From Lama glama (taxonomy: Eukaryota): DNA of 64,000 bases. Below, in pieces: positions 37,801 to 50,428 of the stretch. Both the position numbers and the translations under genes were made by a program. The stretch covers positions 38,876,001 through 38,940,000 of the forward strand of contig CM052818.1 of assembly GCA_028534125.1 (NCBI GenBank), read 5' to 3'. Within the stretch, counting starts at the first letter, position 1; each line of letters opens with the position of its first letter. The notes beneath the pieces were generated by a model. The model worked only from the letters and a program-made list of their open reading frames with translations, made no database searches and was not told the DNA's origin.

Positions 37801-38059
37801 GAGCACCTTCCCTGTGGACGCAGCTCAACTCCTGGCGCGGCCACCTGTTCAGTAAAAGCAGGTCCTTCCCTTCCTGTCCCTTCCTGCTCTCTTGACCCCA
37901 TGATTTGGGGCCAGCAGAGGCTGTTGAGAGCTTTGGGTTTAGGGAGCAAATGTTCATTTCACTCCACTTTCTTCCTTAGGACCAAAAGCCATAGGGCAGA
38001 GTCAGTATGACAAACCTGAAGAGCCATTTAGCTTCCTTTAGCATCTATTTCTGACACTG

Positions 38060-38930
38060 TGTTTTGTTTTTTACTTAACTCATGGAATACATAAATATAT
38101 GCTGATGAGTTTTTTTTTCCTGTTTTTTTTTGGTCAAAGAATTCAAACAATACAGGAGTATTTTGAGCAAAAAGTGAAAGTCCTGTTTTACAATTACCCC
38201 CTCCCGCTTCCTCACACCAGAAATAATCCATTATTTCTAGAACTTTTTCTCTGCATTGGCAATATATTTAAATATCATTTTACTAATATGGATCCTACTG
38301 TATATATTGTACTAGGACAATTGCTTTTGCTTAAAAAAACGTGTCTTCAGTCCCATGGAGCTGCCTCATTCTTCATGGCTGCAGATTACCCATCTGTGCA
38401 GATGGACAGTTCACTGACTGCCCCCTCTGTTGTTAAGCATGCAAGTGTTTACACTTTTTGCTCTTACGAACATTCGTGTGTGTCTTCATGAACATGTGTA
38501 AGCATTTCTGAGCATTTCCCAGAAGTGGAATTCCTACACCAAAGGATTGAAAGAGTAACAACTTACCCTACACCCGATCTTCTTACTTGGTTTTATTTTT
38601 ACTGATAGCATTTACGACAAATGATAGTGTAGACTTATTTATTTATTGTCTGCTTTTCCCACTAAAATATGTTTCCCAGGAGCAGGTACCTTATCCGTCT
38701 AACTCACGGCTGTATCCCCACTCAACTACAACAGTGTCTGGCACATAATGAGACTCAGTAAATATTGGTTGAATGAAAAAATGGATGAAAAGACATGCAC
38801 ATTTTTAATGTCGATATTCTCCAAAAGGCTGAACAATTTACATTCTGCCAAGAGAGCAAGAGATTGTTTCCCCACACACTTGGCCACGCTGGAGATGATC
38901 AACCTTTAAATTAATTTTTCCCATTGAGTT
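38060..38930 (-). mobile_element. L1ME-like fragment with an embedded L2 3' end (about 38565-38790, + strand)
   Basis: gctgcctcattcttcatggctgcag...tttcccagaagtggaattcct; L2 part ctgtatcccca...cagtgtctggcacataatgagactcagtaaatattggttgaatgaa. Confidence 0.6.
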
Positions 38931-39059
38931 GGGGGGAAAAAAATGCTGCTTCCTCATTTACGCCATTGCTTTACAAGTTCCTCCTGAGTCCTGCGCGGCT
39001 TCTCACCGTGAGCAGGTGTGAGCGGCCAGACTGACTTGGGAAGTTCTGTTTGTTTGCAG

Positions 39060-39234
39060 TGAGCATGCGCAGAGCCCCAGGCCCGGAAGCCCCCGGGGAG
39101 CGCTGCGGAGCAGGGCCAGAGCGGGAGCTGCGGCTCTAGGCTCAGGCAGGAAGGAGCCTGGACAATGTCACAGCTAATGTCACAGCTGCTGTGGCAGCAG
39201 CTGTGGGTGGATGACGACAGCTGCTACACAACTG
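39060..39234 (+). promoter_or_regulatory. Candidate regulatory element: NRF1-like site, ETS site and E-box cluster in a small CpG-enriched patch
   Basis: tgagcatgcgca (39060-39071), ccggaag (39083-39089), CAGCTG at 39183, 39198 and 39218; motif evidence only. Confidence 0.35.
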
Positions 39235-39774
39235 GAGGCAGAAGAGAAGCTGTGGGAGCCAAAGGGTGGGGCCGAACATCCATCAAAGGGGACAGTGTGT
39301 GGGCCGGAGTAGGGGCTGCCAGGCCTGGCCAGGCCCTGTCCTCCCAGAGGGATCAGAAGTACCCAAGTCCCGGGCCCTGACAAGCTTTGAGTTACTGACC
39401 TTCATCTTCAAAGGTCCTTCCCAGAGACTCAGCAGGATTCTTCCCTCCCAGAGGGATCTGGTGTCACCACTAGTATCAAAGCTTCATTCTCGTTCCAGGC
39501 CATCTTCCCCAGCCCCTTCTGCATGTTGCAGTGGCTCCCCAAGGAAGGATAGCTTCTCCCTGTTTCTGGGCCTCAAAGCAGAAACACCCCAGGGCCACGA
39601 GGGACCCTGCACCTCTTCACTGTGCTGCCTACTGAGGACTCCCAGGCCCAGGAAGGAAAAAGTAGGGTCTGTCCCCCTGCACCTTTGCCCCAGTATCCAC
39701 ACACAGACTGAGTGTGACCTGTGCAGCTGACCTGCTTTCTTCAGCCTGTTGTCTATAGCTCTGGAAGAATGGTA

Positions 39775-40182
39775 TAGACCTAGTTTAAAAGAGACCTAAG
39801 AGATAAAATGACCTAATGCAAGGCATGGATCTGGCTTGAATTCTGGGTTGAGTAAACCAACCATAAAGGACATTTTTGCAACCACTGCAGAAATTTAAAT
39901 AGGACAGGGTGTTAGACAATATTAAAGAACTATTGTTAATTTTGATGGATTTAACGGTGATATTAGTACATAATAACTCATTTTTTTAGAGATGCAGACT
40001 GAAATATTTAGAGGTAAAATGTATGTCAACAATTTGCCTTAAAATACTTAAGCAAAAATGTATGTGGGGCAAATATAGCAAAATGTTGATAATTGTCATA
40101 TCTAGGTGATAGGTACACGGGGTTTATACAATCCTCTCAATTTTTCTGTGTGTTTACCATTTTCATGATAAAAATTTTTAAG
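39775..40182 (+). mobile_element. L1MC4/5-like 3' end
   Basis: taaaagagacctaagaga...ataaaggacatttt...tattaaagaactattgttaatttt...ttagagatgcagactgaaatattt...ttttcatgataaaaatt. Confidence 0.8.
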
Positions 40183-41039
40183 TAGAAGAAGAAGGGGGGA
40201 AGGAAAGAAGAAGGGGAATGTGTATGACTCTGGGCAAGGCTGGAGCTTAGCACACAGAGCTTGGGGCCAGCCTCGGTTACTGACCACCATGAGGACCCAG
40301 CCAGAGATCCTTAGACAGCAGTGCTGACCCAAGAAAAGCCTTGGGCTGAGGCTGCCTATTTCTCTACAAGTCATGAGTAAGCACTTGGAATTTGGAAGAC
40401 CTTTCCACGGTAGGCCTGGTTTCCAGAGCTGCAGAGCTGGGTTAAGGCCCCACAGACTTCTAGCAGGGTCAGCCCTCTCCTGGGGACAGGGAGGGACACC
40501 CCAAAGTCAGCCTTGAAGCCTTCTGTACTAAGAACCAGAGGTCGTCCTGCTGGCGGGCTGCTCCTGGTGAGGCCCTGCCCGGCGATGGTCTGCCCGGGCT
40601 CTCTGAGAGCTGGCGCCCAGCAAGAGTGGAATCATAGTCCACTGCTTTGGTAGCCTCGTGCCCAGGAGCCCCAGCCGGGCACGTGATCAGCAGCGGTGCC
40701 TTAAGAAGTAGTGCATCAATTCTGGGCAGAAACGCTGAGGGCCTGCCTTAGCCGGCCCCCCAGGGAGCCAGAGCCCACACCATCTGCATAGCAGCCAAGC
40801 ATGAGCTGGCCTGTCTGCATCTGCAGAAATCAAGAGAACACAATTCTTCTCAGAAGTCAGAGTTGGCCCTTGTGAGCACAGGAAAAGCCGTCCGCAGATC
40901 CCACGGCAGGAGCGGGCTTGCCAAGCCAGGTGTTCACAGGAATAGAAGGACCCCCTTATCAGCCTGTGGGCTTAGAGCCCTCCCATTGGGAGGATGAGGC
41001 ACACTTCTGTTTGGGGGGTTTGGGGTGGGGGAATTTCTG

Positions 41040-41597
41040 ACAGACTATTGTTTTTACAGAAGCTTTAAGTTCACAGCAAAATTGAGATGAAGGTGCAGAA
41101 TTCTTGTGTACGCCCTGCCCCACGCAGGCACAGCCTCCCCGACCATCAACATCCCCCACCAGAGGGGGACATTTGTTACAATCCATGACACATCATTATC
41201 ACCCAACGTCCATAGTTTACCTTTGGGGGTCAGTCTTGTGTTGTACATTCTATGGGTTTTGACAGATGTGTAAGGACAGGAGTCCACCTTATAGGAGCAT
41301 ATACAGTCTTTGGTGCCCTAAAAATCCCCTCTGCTCCATTTTTTCATTGTTCCACCCCCCACCCCTGGGATTCTTCTACTGTCTCTAGACTTTTGTCTTC
41401 TCCAAAATGTCACAGAGTTGGATATCACAGTATGCAGCATTTTCAGACGGGCTTCTTTCCCTTGGTAATATGCATTTAATTTTCCTCCACATCTTTTCAT
41501 AGTTTGATAGTTCATTTCTTTTTAGTGTTGAATAATAATCCATCATCTGGATGTACCATTTTTTATGTATCCATTCACCTACTGAAGGACACTTTGA
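41040..41597 (-). mobile_element. L1MC1-like 3' end
   Basis: ttaagttcacagcaaaattgag...cagcctccccgaccatcaacatcccccaccaga...gttgtacattctatgggttttgaca...ccattcacctactgaaggaca; minus ORF ends in L1 ORF2-like EWIHKKWYIQMMDYYS. Confidence 0.85.
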
Positions 41598-41982
41598 GGT
41601 ACAGTCTCTGTTCACCATCCCCTCTCCAACACACCTGAGAGCCGGCATCTGCTCAGAGGCTCACAAGGCGAGCACTGAGAGTTCCACAGTGGTCTCTGTA
41701 CCAAGAGCCTGAAGCTTAGTGAAATTTCAGGGGTGAGGACACCATGTACTATCTCCTCAGTAAGTATTCACTGAGTGCCACTTATTGCTCTGACCCTCCC
41801 ACTGTGGGCCCTATGCAGGGAGGCCCACAGCCCATGGAAGGGACAGACTTCCCCAGCTCAACAAGGTGGGTGCCAAAGCATTGGGTTCTGTTCTGTGGGG
41901 CGTGGCAAAGCAGAAGTACCTCTGCAGCCGTGACCAGAGTGGGCTGGTGGGCTCCTGGGGGGATCTAACAGAAGGTACAGAG

Positions 41983-42040
41983 CAGCTGTTCTCAAACTGG
42001 TCCCCAGGCCACCAACAACGGAATCCCCTGGAAACATATT
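41983..42040 (+). mobile_element. MER5-like hAT-Charlie terminal fragment
   Basis: cagctgttctcaaactggtccccaggccaccaacaacggaatcccctggaaac. Confidence 0.55.
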
Positions 42041-42430
42041 TGCATGGTCAGGCCACTCAAAGTGGCTGTTTTCTTGCCCTCTGAACGTCCCCTGCTCAAC
42101 CAGAGCCTGCTTCACCTACACCCTACTCACATGACTGACCTTCCTACATACTTGCCCCAGGCCTGAGCTAGTGACTGCTTTTATCAAAGGGGTGGTGAGG
42201 GGCGAGCCCCTCTGCTGGTTTCCCTGGTAACAAATGAACCAAACTGACATCAATTCCTGCTGTAACTGCTAACCTCCCTCTACCCGCAGGAGCAGATTGC
42301 TGCCTGTCCTGCCCACCTTCACGGTGGGGAGTTGCCCTAGGACCTTGCTTCTGACCTGTAAAATCCCTCCCTATCCATTAAACCATTGATGTCTCGGTCC
42401 CGACTCCAGGCTCTTTCTCCAGTCTGGCTC
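42041..42430 (+). mobile_element. ERV1-type LTR, 3' truncated
   Basis: Starts TG; gagcccctctgctggtttccctggtaacaaatgaacc; poly(A)-signal-like attaaa at 42377-42382 followed by ccattgatgtctc; family name uncertain. Confidence 0.55.
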
Positions 42431-43126
42431 CAGCATCACATTCCACAGGTTAAGGGCTCAGTCTCACAAGATTGCCCCTCACCCCCAACTTCAGACACCA
42501 GATGAAACCCAGTTTGTTACCTGTACGTCCAACTAACTGGCTGTGGATCAGAAGTTCCAATAACCCCGCGCCTTGGATTCGATTAATTTAATAGAGCAGG
42601 TCACAGAACTCAGAGAAACTTTTTACTTACTAAATTACTGGTTTGTTACAAAATTACGTAATTCAGGAGCAGCCAGATGGAAGAGATGCATAGGGCAAGG
42701 TAATTGGGAAGGGGTGTGGCGCTTCCCTGACCTCTCTGGGGGCACCAATCTTCCCAAGTCTCCACGTAATCGACAACCCAGAAGCTCTCTGAACCCTGTC
42801 CTTTTGGGTTTTTATGGAGGCTTCATTACATAGGCATGACTGATTAATCATTGAACTCAATCTCTAGCCCCTTGCCCCTCCCCCGAGGTTGGGTAATGGG
42901 ACAGAGTGGTCCTACCTTTTAATCACCTGATTAGCTCTCCAGGCAAAGAGCCCCCATCCTTAGGTGTGGTCCAAAATTTGCCTCATTAATATAACAAAAG
43001 AAACCTTTTCCACTTTGAGCACTTATGAAATTCCAAGGGATTTACAAGCTCAGAGGTGCCAGGAATGGTGAGGAAGACCATATATATATATATATATTTT
43101 TTCTTACTATAAATCACAACATCACA
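42431..43126 (-). mobile_element. MER21-family LTR
   Basis: ccacaggttaagggctcagtctcacaagattgccc...ggagcagccagatggaagagatgcatagggcaagg...tttttatggaggcttcattacataggcatga...aaatcacaacatcaca. Confidence 0.85.
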
Positions 43127-43520
43127 GCCAGACAGGCTACGTTATACTGTGGTAACAAATGGATCCCAAATCTCAACAAGTCTAGCTCTCCCTCACATAA
43201 AGTCTGCTGCAGCTTGGGCCTCTCTCCAGGGCACTGTCCTCCATGCAATGTCTTGATGCATGGTCAAAGGTGTCTTGGACCTGTGGCCCTGCCATCTCGA
43301 CGCAAACTTGGCTGCAGCCATGCTGAGAAGGAAAAGAGATACTAGAGAAGATGACTTGTGGGGACCACTACTCAGAAATGGGACACATGTTCCTTCTGCT
43401 CATATTTCACAGGCAGAAATGTCACCTGGCCCTTCCTAACTGCAAGGGTCCTGCAACGTGTGGGGCCCCACAGGTCCAGGGAGGAAAGGAGAAGCCCTGG
43501 AATGCCTACCACGAGGACAA
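43127..43520 (-). mobile_element. MaLR LTR (MLT1I/J-like)
   Basis: aggctacgttatactgtggtaacaaat...ttccttctgctcatatttcacaggcagaaatgtcacctggcccttcctaactgcaaggg. Confidence 0.6.
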
Positions 43521-46500
43521 ACTTCCTTTCAAGGAGATAGCGGAGGAGGAAAGAAGGGCAGAAGGCAGGTGGGGCCGCTGTGCTGGGAGAAGACAGATTA
43601 CTTTAAAAATCTTTTTGAAGTGTGGGGTTCTGCTTTTCTATGATGCTGTGGTTCTGAGACTGCTGTAAATTGCTGCATGTTTCTGTTTCCATGAGATTCT
43701 ATGGCTCTGGGAAGGCTTACTCATATTTTAGCCTGTAATGCTACCACTGCGGCCCCCACAGGTCCCTGGATGCTGGGCTTCCAGAAAGCAGAACCCAAGG
43801 CAGAGCAGGGTGCAGTGGGTGATGCCCCAGGGCTGGCAAGGAAAGCCTGGGCTCACGGGATCTGGCAAACTCGGGTGAACTCAGGCAGGGCCTGCGAGTG
43901 TTCAGGCAAGTCCAGGGCAGGAATCAGCCTTTTCCCTAAATTGAGCAATGACAGCCATGTCCTCTAGAAAGAAAAAAAAAAATTGATTGAGTTCCACGTC
44001 CCTGGCCCTGTTCGAGCCCATGGGTAAGTGACTGTGGCGCAGGGTTGCAGCTGCTTCGGCGCCAAGTGCCTAGGTGCCAACCTAGTGCCAAGCACAGGAA
44101 TATGACCCCTCTTTCCCCACCCCCACCCCTGTCCTGGGGCTAGGGGGCACCTGCAGCAACCTGGAAGGAGACGAGCGAAACAAGAGAGGAAGAGGGAGAG
44201 GGTAAGCCAATCAGCACAGACTTCTGAGGTGGGCAACACCCCCCCACACACACACACCCTGAAAAGGAGGAGTCCCCTCTTGCCCAGCTCTGCTCAGCCC
44301 GGGGGAATGCATGTGCCTCCTTCCCCTGCCTGCAGCCCTCGGCTCTCCAAGCTCACTTTGGTTGAGATGTCACCATTACGGGAGCACCTCCAGAGAAGTC
44401 CCTAATGGGGTCAGAGCCCCTGGCACTGACACGGAATGCTTTCTTTCTCCTGGGGACAGATGGGACTGATGGTCATTGTTCTTAGGTTAAGTCACTGTGC
44501 ACTTTGCTGAAAGATAAATTGCATATCTGCCCCGAGGGAGAATGAATCACATAGATAATTCCCTTGCTTAAAGCTCATTTATTTAGGATCCTGCTTGAGG
44601 TTGTTTTTTAATAGATAGATTACGGAGTAATTCAGAAAAAAAAAAAGACAAAAGGGCACAGTAATTGGGTTTCCCCTTGGCTTAGAAGTTTTGTCCTCAG
44701 AGAGAGTAGTAGAAAGGGCAAGGGCTCTCCGTGGTTTGTTCAGGCTGTGGCTTGAGAGTCCTACAGTGATGTGAGGTGGGGGAGGGAGAGTGGGTTCTGG
44801 GAGAGGAAGCGGGGCTCGAGAAGTGAAAGGGGAGGGAGGGTGGGGGTGGGGAGAAAGCGGGAAAGTGATGGCCCCAGCAGCAGCCCTGCAGCCCAGCGTC
44901 AGGCTTCAGGCTTCCCCTCAACCCCTACACCAAGCAAATGAGAAACTCGGGGTGCAGGGGGAGAGAAGATGCACCTTAGGCTGCAAGACCATTGCGACAG
45001 AGCAGAGGGTGAGCACGTTTCCCAAGGCTGCCCAGGGCTCCATCCCCGAACTGTGCTGCCCCTTTCTGTAATTGCAGGCTGCCTGAGCCCCAGCATCGTG
45101 GAGACCTGCAACCCACACTCAGGAGGGGATGGACACTGGACTACAAAATCCTTGCCACCTACATGCCTGGACCCAGAAGTCAGGCTGAAGCTCTGAGATG
45201 CTGCTCTGAACGCTGAGCCAGCAGCCCTCAGGCCCCTGTCCTTCAGACCCAGAGACCTGGACCAGCCAGACACCCAAGAGGGGGCCCACAGGCATGGAGG
45301 AGGGCCCATCAGAGCACAGCATCCTGGCCTCAACGCCAATAAGCCCTGCATCCCACTCGGAAACCTCAGGACTCGAGCAGAACAGTTTGCCTCTTCCGGC
45401 CTCGGTCCCCCTGTTTGTACCAAACACAGGGTTGGGGCCAGTGTGACACCTCACCTGACTGATAAAAAGCTGCACCAAGCATTTGAAAATGCAGCCAAAT
45501 CTGTCAACACTTCCCAGGCATCTCAGAGGAGCCGTTCTGATTAAGCTCGTCCTCGCTCACACCTGGAAGCGTTTCTGCAGGGCCAGACACTTCCCTCTGG
45601 CTGTGCCCCTGGGCAGGAGCCAAGCAGGGAACAGGACGTGGGTGTTTGTGGGGAAGGCTGGGCCAGGGTCTCGGGGCTGCGCAGAGGGACAGGAGCAAGG
45701 CTGCCTTCTGTGGGCTGCAGCCCCTTGCCCGAGGCCTGAATTCTTAAGTGTCTTTCATTTCCTAAAAGATATGAGAAAATGAGGCACCTAAACCAGCACG
45801 TCCAAAGCATAAAGGTGTCCACAGCTCCAGGTTTGGGCAGACCCTTCTCAAATGTCCCCATCCTAGTCTATAACCCCCCTCCCCTCCCCTCCTTCTCTCT
45901 CTCTTCCCAGTCCTCCTCCCCACTCCCCATTCCCTACCCTGTCAGGTGTCCAAGGCAGCTTTAAACAGGCTTCTCGGACTTCTAGAGCCTCAGAGATCGC
46001 CTTTGGAGTGCAGATAGAAGACAAGCTGGAAATCAGTTCCACTGAGCGTCTTCAAAGAGCTCACAGGACACAGGCCTTTCTGGCTGGGAGGAACCTGCAT
46101 GTTCACTCAGGCCAGAAATCTGGCAGTGGTCTCCCCCTATAGGCTGTGGGACCGCCCCCTGCCCCCAGGCTCACTGCCCACCCAGGTTCCTTATTGATGG
46201 CTCTGTCTGGCCGTGCTTCCTTCCAAGCCCCCACGATGGGGACTAAGGCAGTTCTCCATCCAGTACCACGTGGGACCAAACCCACCATAGTCAAGAGGCC
46301 CTGGCCTCAGACCCTTCACATTAGAAAGACTCATCAGCCAGAAATTCAGCTGTGCAGGAAACAGGGGCTGGGACAGAGCTGGAGGCGGGCTCCCAGACAA
46401 GGGTCCTGAGGGTGACTCTGACTGCTCCATCCGCACGGGAGACTCAGTTACTTCTCCCCCACAACTCAGCTGCCCTAGGAGTAATGCTCTGAGAGCACGG

Positions 46501-46886
46501 ATTCCGTCGGGAGGGGGGAGGAGCCATTATGTGGCCAGACACGGTTCAGGCATTACCACAGACAGAGAGCTGAGTGCCAGGCCCAGCGGCCTTGCTGTTC
46601 ATCCTTTAATTACACAGTGGGAGCTCACGCGCACGTCTGGCCTGGGAATCACTGCTTCCTCCAAAGCAGGTTGTCTGGGGAAGTGACCTGTCTCGGCCAG
46701 CCCAGGCAGAAGGAGGGCAGCAAACCGGCAGAGCCAGACAAGGGTCTGGGCGCATCCTGAACCCCATCACCAGCCTAGTCCGCTTCACAGCCGCCCACCC
46801 CGACATGCCCCCATCTCCCCACTGCTGGGAACTCATGTCTGCGCCACAGTCTCAGCTTCCCCAGAGCTCAGATCGTAAGGCCAGGC

Positions 46887-47241
46887 CTTAGTCAGCTCGG
46901 GCTGTCATAACATAATACCATAGACTGGGTGGCCAAGACAACAGACATTTAATTCTCACAGTCCTGGAGGCTGGGTGCCGGCCTGGTCAGACTCTGGTGA
47001 GAGCCTGCTTCCTGGCCAGCAGACAGCCACCTTCTCACTGTGTCCTCACGTGGTGGGGAGACAGCTAGCCCCAGCCTCTTCCTCTCCTTCTAAGGACGCT
47101 ACTCCTTCCATGGGGGCCCTGACCTCACAACCTCGTCTAAACCTAATTAGCTCCCAGAGGCCCTCCTTCCAAATACCATCACCTGGGGGATTAGAGCCTC
47201 AACATATAAATTGAGGGGACACCTGCACTCGGTCCACAACA
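46887..47241 (-). mobile_element. MaLR solo LTR, MLT1A/A0-like
   Basis: cttagtcagctcgggctgtcataacataataccatagactgggtgg...ttctcactgtgtcctcacgtgg...ccaaataccatcacctgggggattagag...cacaaca. Confidence 0.85.
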
Positions 47242-48633
47242 TGCCATATCAGTTGGTGGCTCATTATACCCAAACACACATCTCTATCCTGGACTCACCT
47301 CCTGAATGCCAGGCCCTCTACATGTTCTGCCTGGTGGATGCAGGGAATCCCAAGCAACACCAGGGCTGCAGAAAGGGGCAGGGACAGAGCAAGCCGAGGT
47401 ACAGGGCCATCCCCGGAGCAACTCCCTTCCCTTCCTGACACTGGCAACACTGACGATTCCCTGGTGTACATCCTGCCAGCCCCACCCTCTGACCACGTCC
47501 TAACAGCCTGTCTTTGTATATTACACTCGCAACTTCTCTTTTGCTGTCGTGATGGATAGAATAGTCCTCATGGATGCCCCTCAGATATGGCCACACGTGG
47601 GCAGGAGCACCCCTGGCCTCCCTTGGGCATTTATCTCAGCTTTATCTTCCTCTGCTCCTTGCTTGGCTATCATGGCCTTGGGTTAAGATCATGCATGTGC
47701 AGGCACCTCACACTGGGCCTGGCCCCTGGAGGGTTTGTTCAGACTCACTGTGCACCTGCCATGTGCCCATCTTCCCAGGCCCTGGGAGAGGCAGAGGCAG
47801 AAGCAGAATCTGCGGGTTCCTCAGTCTGAGCCAAGCCCTAGCGAAACCCATCACATCTCTCTCCAGCGTGAAGTCCAAGTTTCCATGGCCGGCTGGGGCT
47901 GGGGCTGGGAGTGCTGGGGCTGGGGTACCGTTGGGCAATACTCTCCCTCTCAGAGCCTCTGACCCCTCTTGAGTGAAATGCTCCTCCTACCCCAAGCTGT
48001 GGGGTTCTTAAGAGAAAATGCCAACAGACACACAGCAAACAGAAGGGCATGTTGGTCTCCTCTTGGCTGTCTTGGGAAGGTGAGGGGACCTAACAGGAGA
48101 GGCCAGAACAGCCCCAGAGAAGAATGAACATGTTCAGGGTCTAGCCTTGGTACCCAGACAGGCAGGCAAGTCTTTCAGAAGTGGCTGGAGCCTGGGCCCT
48201 GGGCCCTGGGCCCTGCTGGGAGCAGAGGTGTTGCAGTTTCTGCTTTTGCCAAAACAGCAAAGGCCAAGAGTAGTTTTGTTTGACCCTTCCTGTGGCTAGG
48301 CCTGGCAGAGTGTGTCAGGGACCCCCCTTTGCCAGGACACACCCATGGCCTTGGGAGCCAGAAAGATCAGGGTGTAGTCCTGTGATTTTCTGTGTCTGTC
48401 TTTTAAAAATGATAACTTGGGGTGCTGCTGACCCTCCGTGTCCCTTATAAGTCCTGTTCTATCGTGGGTCTGCTTCCGGCCCTGTCCCATGTAGGACTGG
48501 CCTAAGCATCCCTCTGAGTGGAAGGGATAGCATTCCAGATCGGTTTTCAACTTAAGGAAAGATCAACGGCAGCATGGCAGACATTTAGACACACACACAT
48601 CAGGACGCATACCTTGCACAAGCAGGCAGCCTT

Positions 48634-48658
48634 ACACACACACACACACACACACACA
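48634..48658 (+). repeat. (AC)12 microsatellite
   Basis: Direct read. Confidence 0.9.
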
Positions 48659-49049
48659 TATTTTTCCTAAAAAAAATGAACTAAACAGATCTCAAATGTA
48701 TAGGGCATTAGCATTTTGAAAAACATTTTCTTCCCCCTTTTTGGGATTGCAGCCAGGTTATGCTGCTCTCAGAGAACCAAGTAAGGGTCACATAAGGCTC
48801 TTTTTCCCCTTTTGATGTATTGCTTTCCTTAAAAGAAAAAAGGGATTTGGACTAACTTATTCTCAACAGTGAGAAATGCTATCTCTTTCCCCCAAAGTAA
48901 CTGACTTGATTCTGTTCAATATTTGGAGGAGCCAAATCTTCGTGACGAGATTGAAGGGAGAAGCTTCTCGTTTCTAGCTTGGACCTAATACATTACAGCA
49001 CTGAGGATAAGCAAAGCTGCTCCCAGAAGGACACACCTCGGGACGCTAT

Positions 49050-49600
49050 GATCCTTACAGGTTAGCTCCAGGTCCCACTAGGGAGATGTGTAGATTCCCA
49101 GAAGACCAACAGAACACATTCAAGTGGCAGGTCAAGGCCAGGATGACGGGCTATCACAGGGCAATGGGGTTTCATTGTCTCACAAAGGGATAATGCAAGA
49201 ACTCTCAGAGGTGAGACTCCGCTTCAGGTTGGGATGTCCAGGAAGACTTTACAGAGGAGATAAAAATTTGGAGAGCCTGAAAAATGTGTACTCTTCGGGC
49301 AGGTCAAGAGAAGTGAGGAAAGTCTTCCAGGAGAGAGGACTAACACAAGCAAAGGCACGGAGACCCGGACTTATTCAAAGGGCCCCTGAGTTTGTAGTCC
49401 AGTGAGTGGACCAATTGGACCAAAGAGGAACATTTTCTGGGGAATAATGGAAGAAGAGGGGTTGAATTTCATCCAAGAGACAATCGAGGTGGAACGGGAG
49501 GCCTTACAGATTTTTGAGTAGGAAAGAGATACAATCAACTAATATTTTAAGACAATACCTCTTAGGACATTGGCAGGTAGCCTGCAGGGGACAAACTCAT
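49050..49600 (-). mobile_element. L2 (degraded)
   Basis: caggaagactttacagaggag...ttccaggagagaggactaacacaagcaaaggcacggag...gatttttgagtaggaaagagatacaatca...ttttaagaca. Confidence 0.6.
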
Positions 49601-50428
49601 CAACCACTTTCATACACAAATCAAGCTCAAGAAGCTTTTCTATAAATGTTCTAGGCCCCAACACCGGCTTACAGCTGAGGCCTGCCTGGAGCCGGGGAGA
49701 AAGATTAGCTAACTCCTAAATCAATAGCTCTGGATGGCAGCTTCTTATCTGCCTGTTCGTAATTTTCATTAAATTAGTCTGGAATGATAATGTCCATTAA
49801 TTTTTTTTTATTCAACACTTTAAATCAGAGTCTGGATGCTAAGTGCTATCATCATGCTTTTTATTATCACCGGTTTGACGTCAATGTCTCCTACTAGCTG
49901 GTGAGCCCCTCGAAACACAGAAGCTTTTTCATCTCTGTCTCCCTAACCCCTAAACACATAGGCCAGCATACAGAACTAAACAGATGACCAATTTGTAGAA
50001 TCAAGTAGTAGTATCTTTGCTATTACACTGTCTGTTCTGGTCAAGGTGTTGTAAATGATTCATTGTGCTATATTTAGGGGTTAAACTATAAAAGAGGATA
50101 TCCTTTATTTACCTTAAAAATAAACTTGGAAGGTCAGGCCCTCTAATCTGCAAATGTCTCTTTTTTTTTTAAAGAAAAGGTTAACTCCAAGCTTTCCTAC
50201 GAAAAATATATTCAGCAAAGCTTCATGGCAGAGAACACCTTTTAAACCACTAAGAGCCTAGGGTCCATCAGATGGACCCCTGCCTTCAGCCCAAGCCAAC
50301 TGATGCCAAGAACACAGCAGTGCCCATCCTTCCTGCTGGGGTCACCGCCCTCCTGTGGATATCACAGGCGCTTTACAGAAGCCAGTGGGTAAATCTGCAC
50401 ACCCCCAGTTACCCTTGTAAAACATCCT

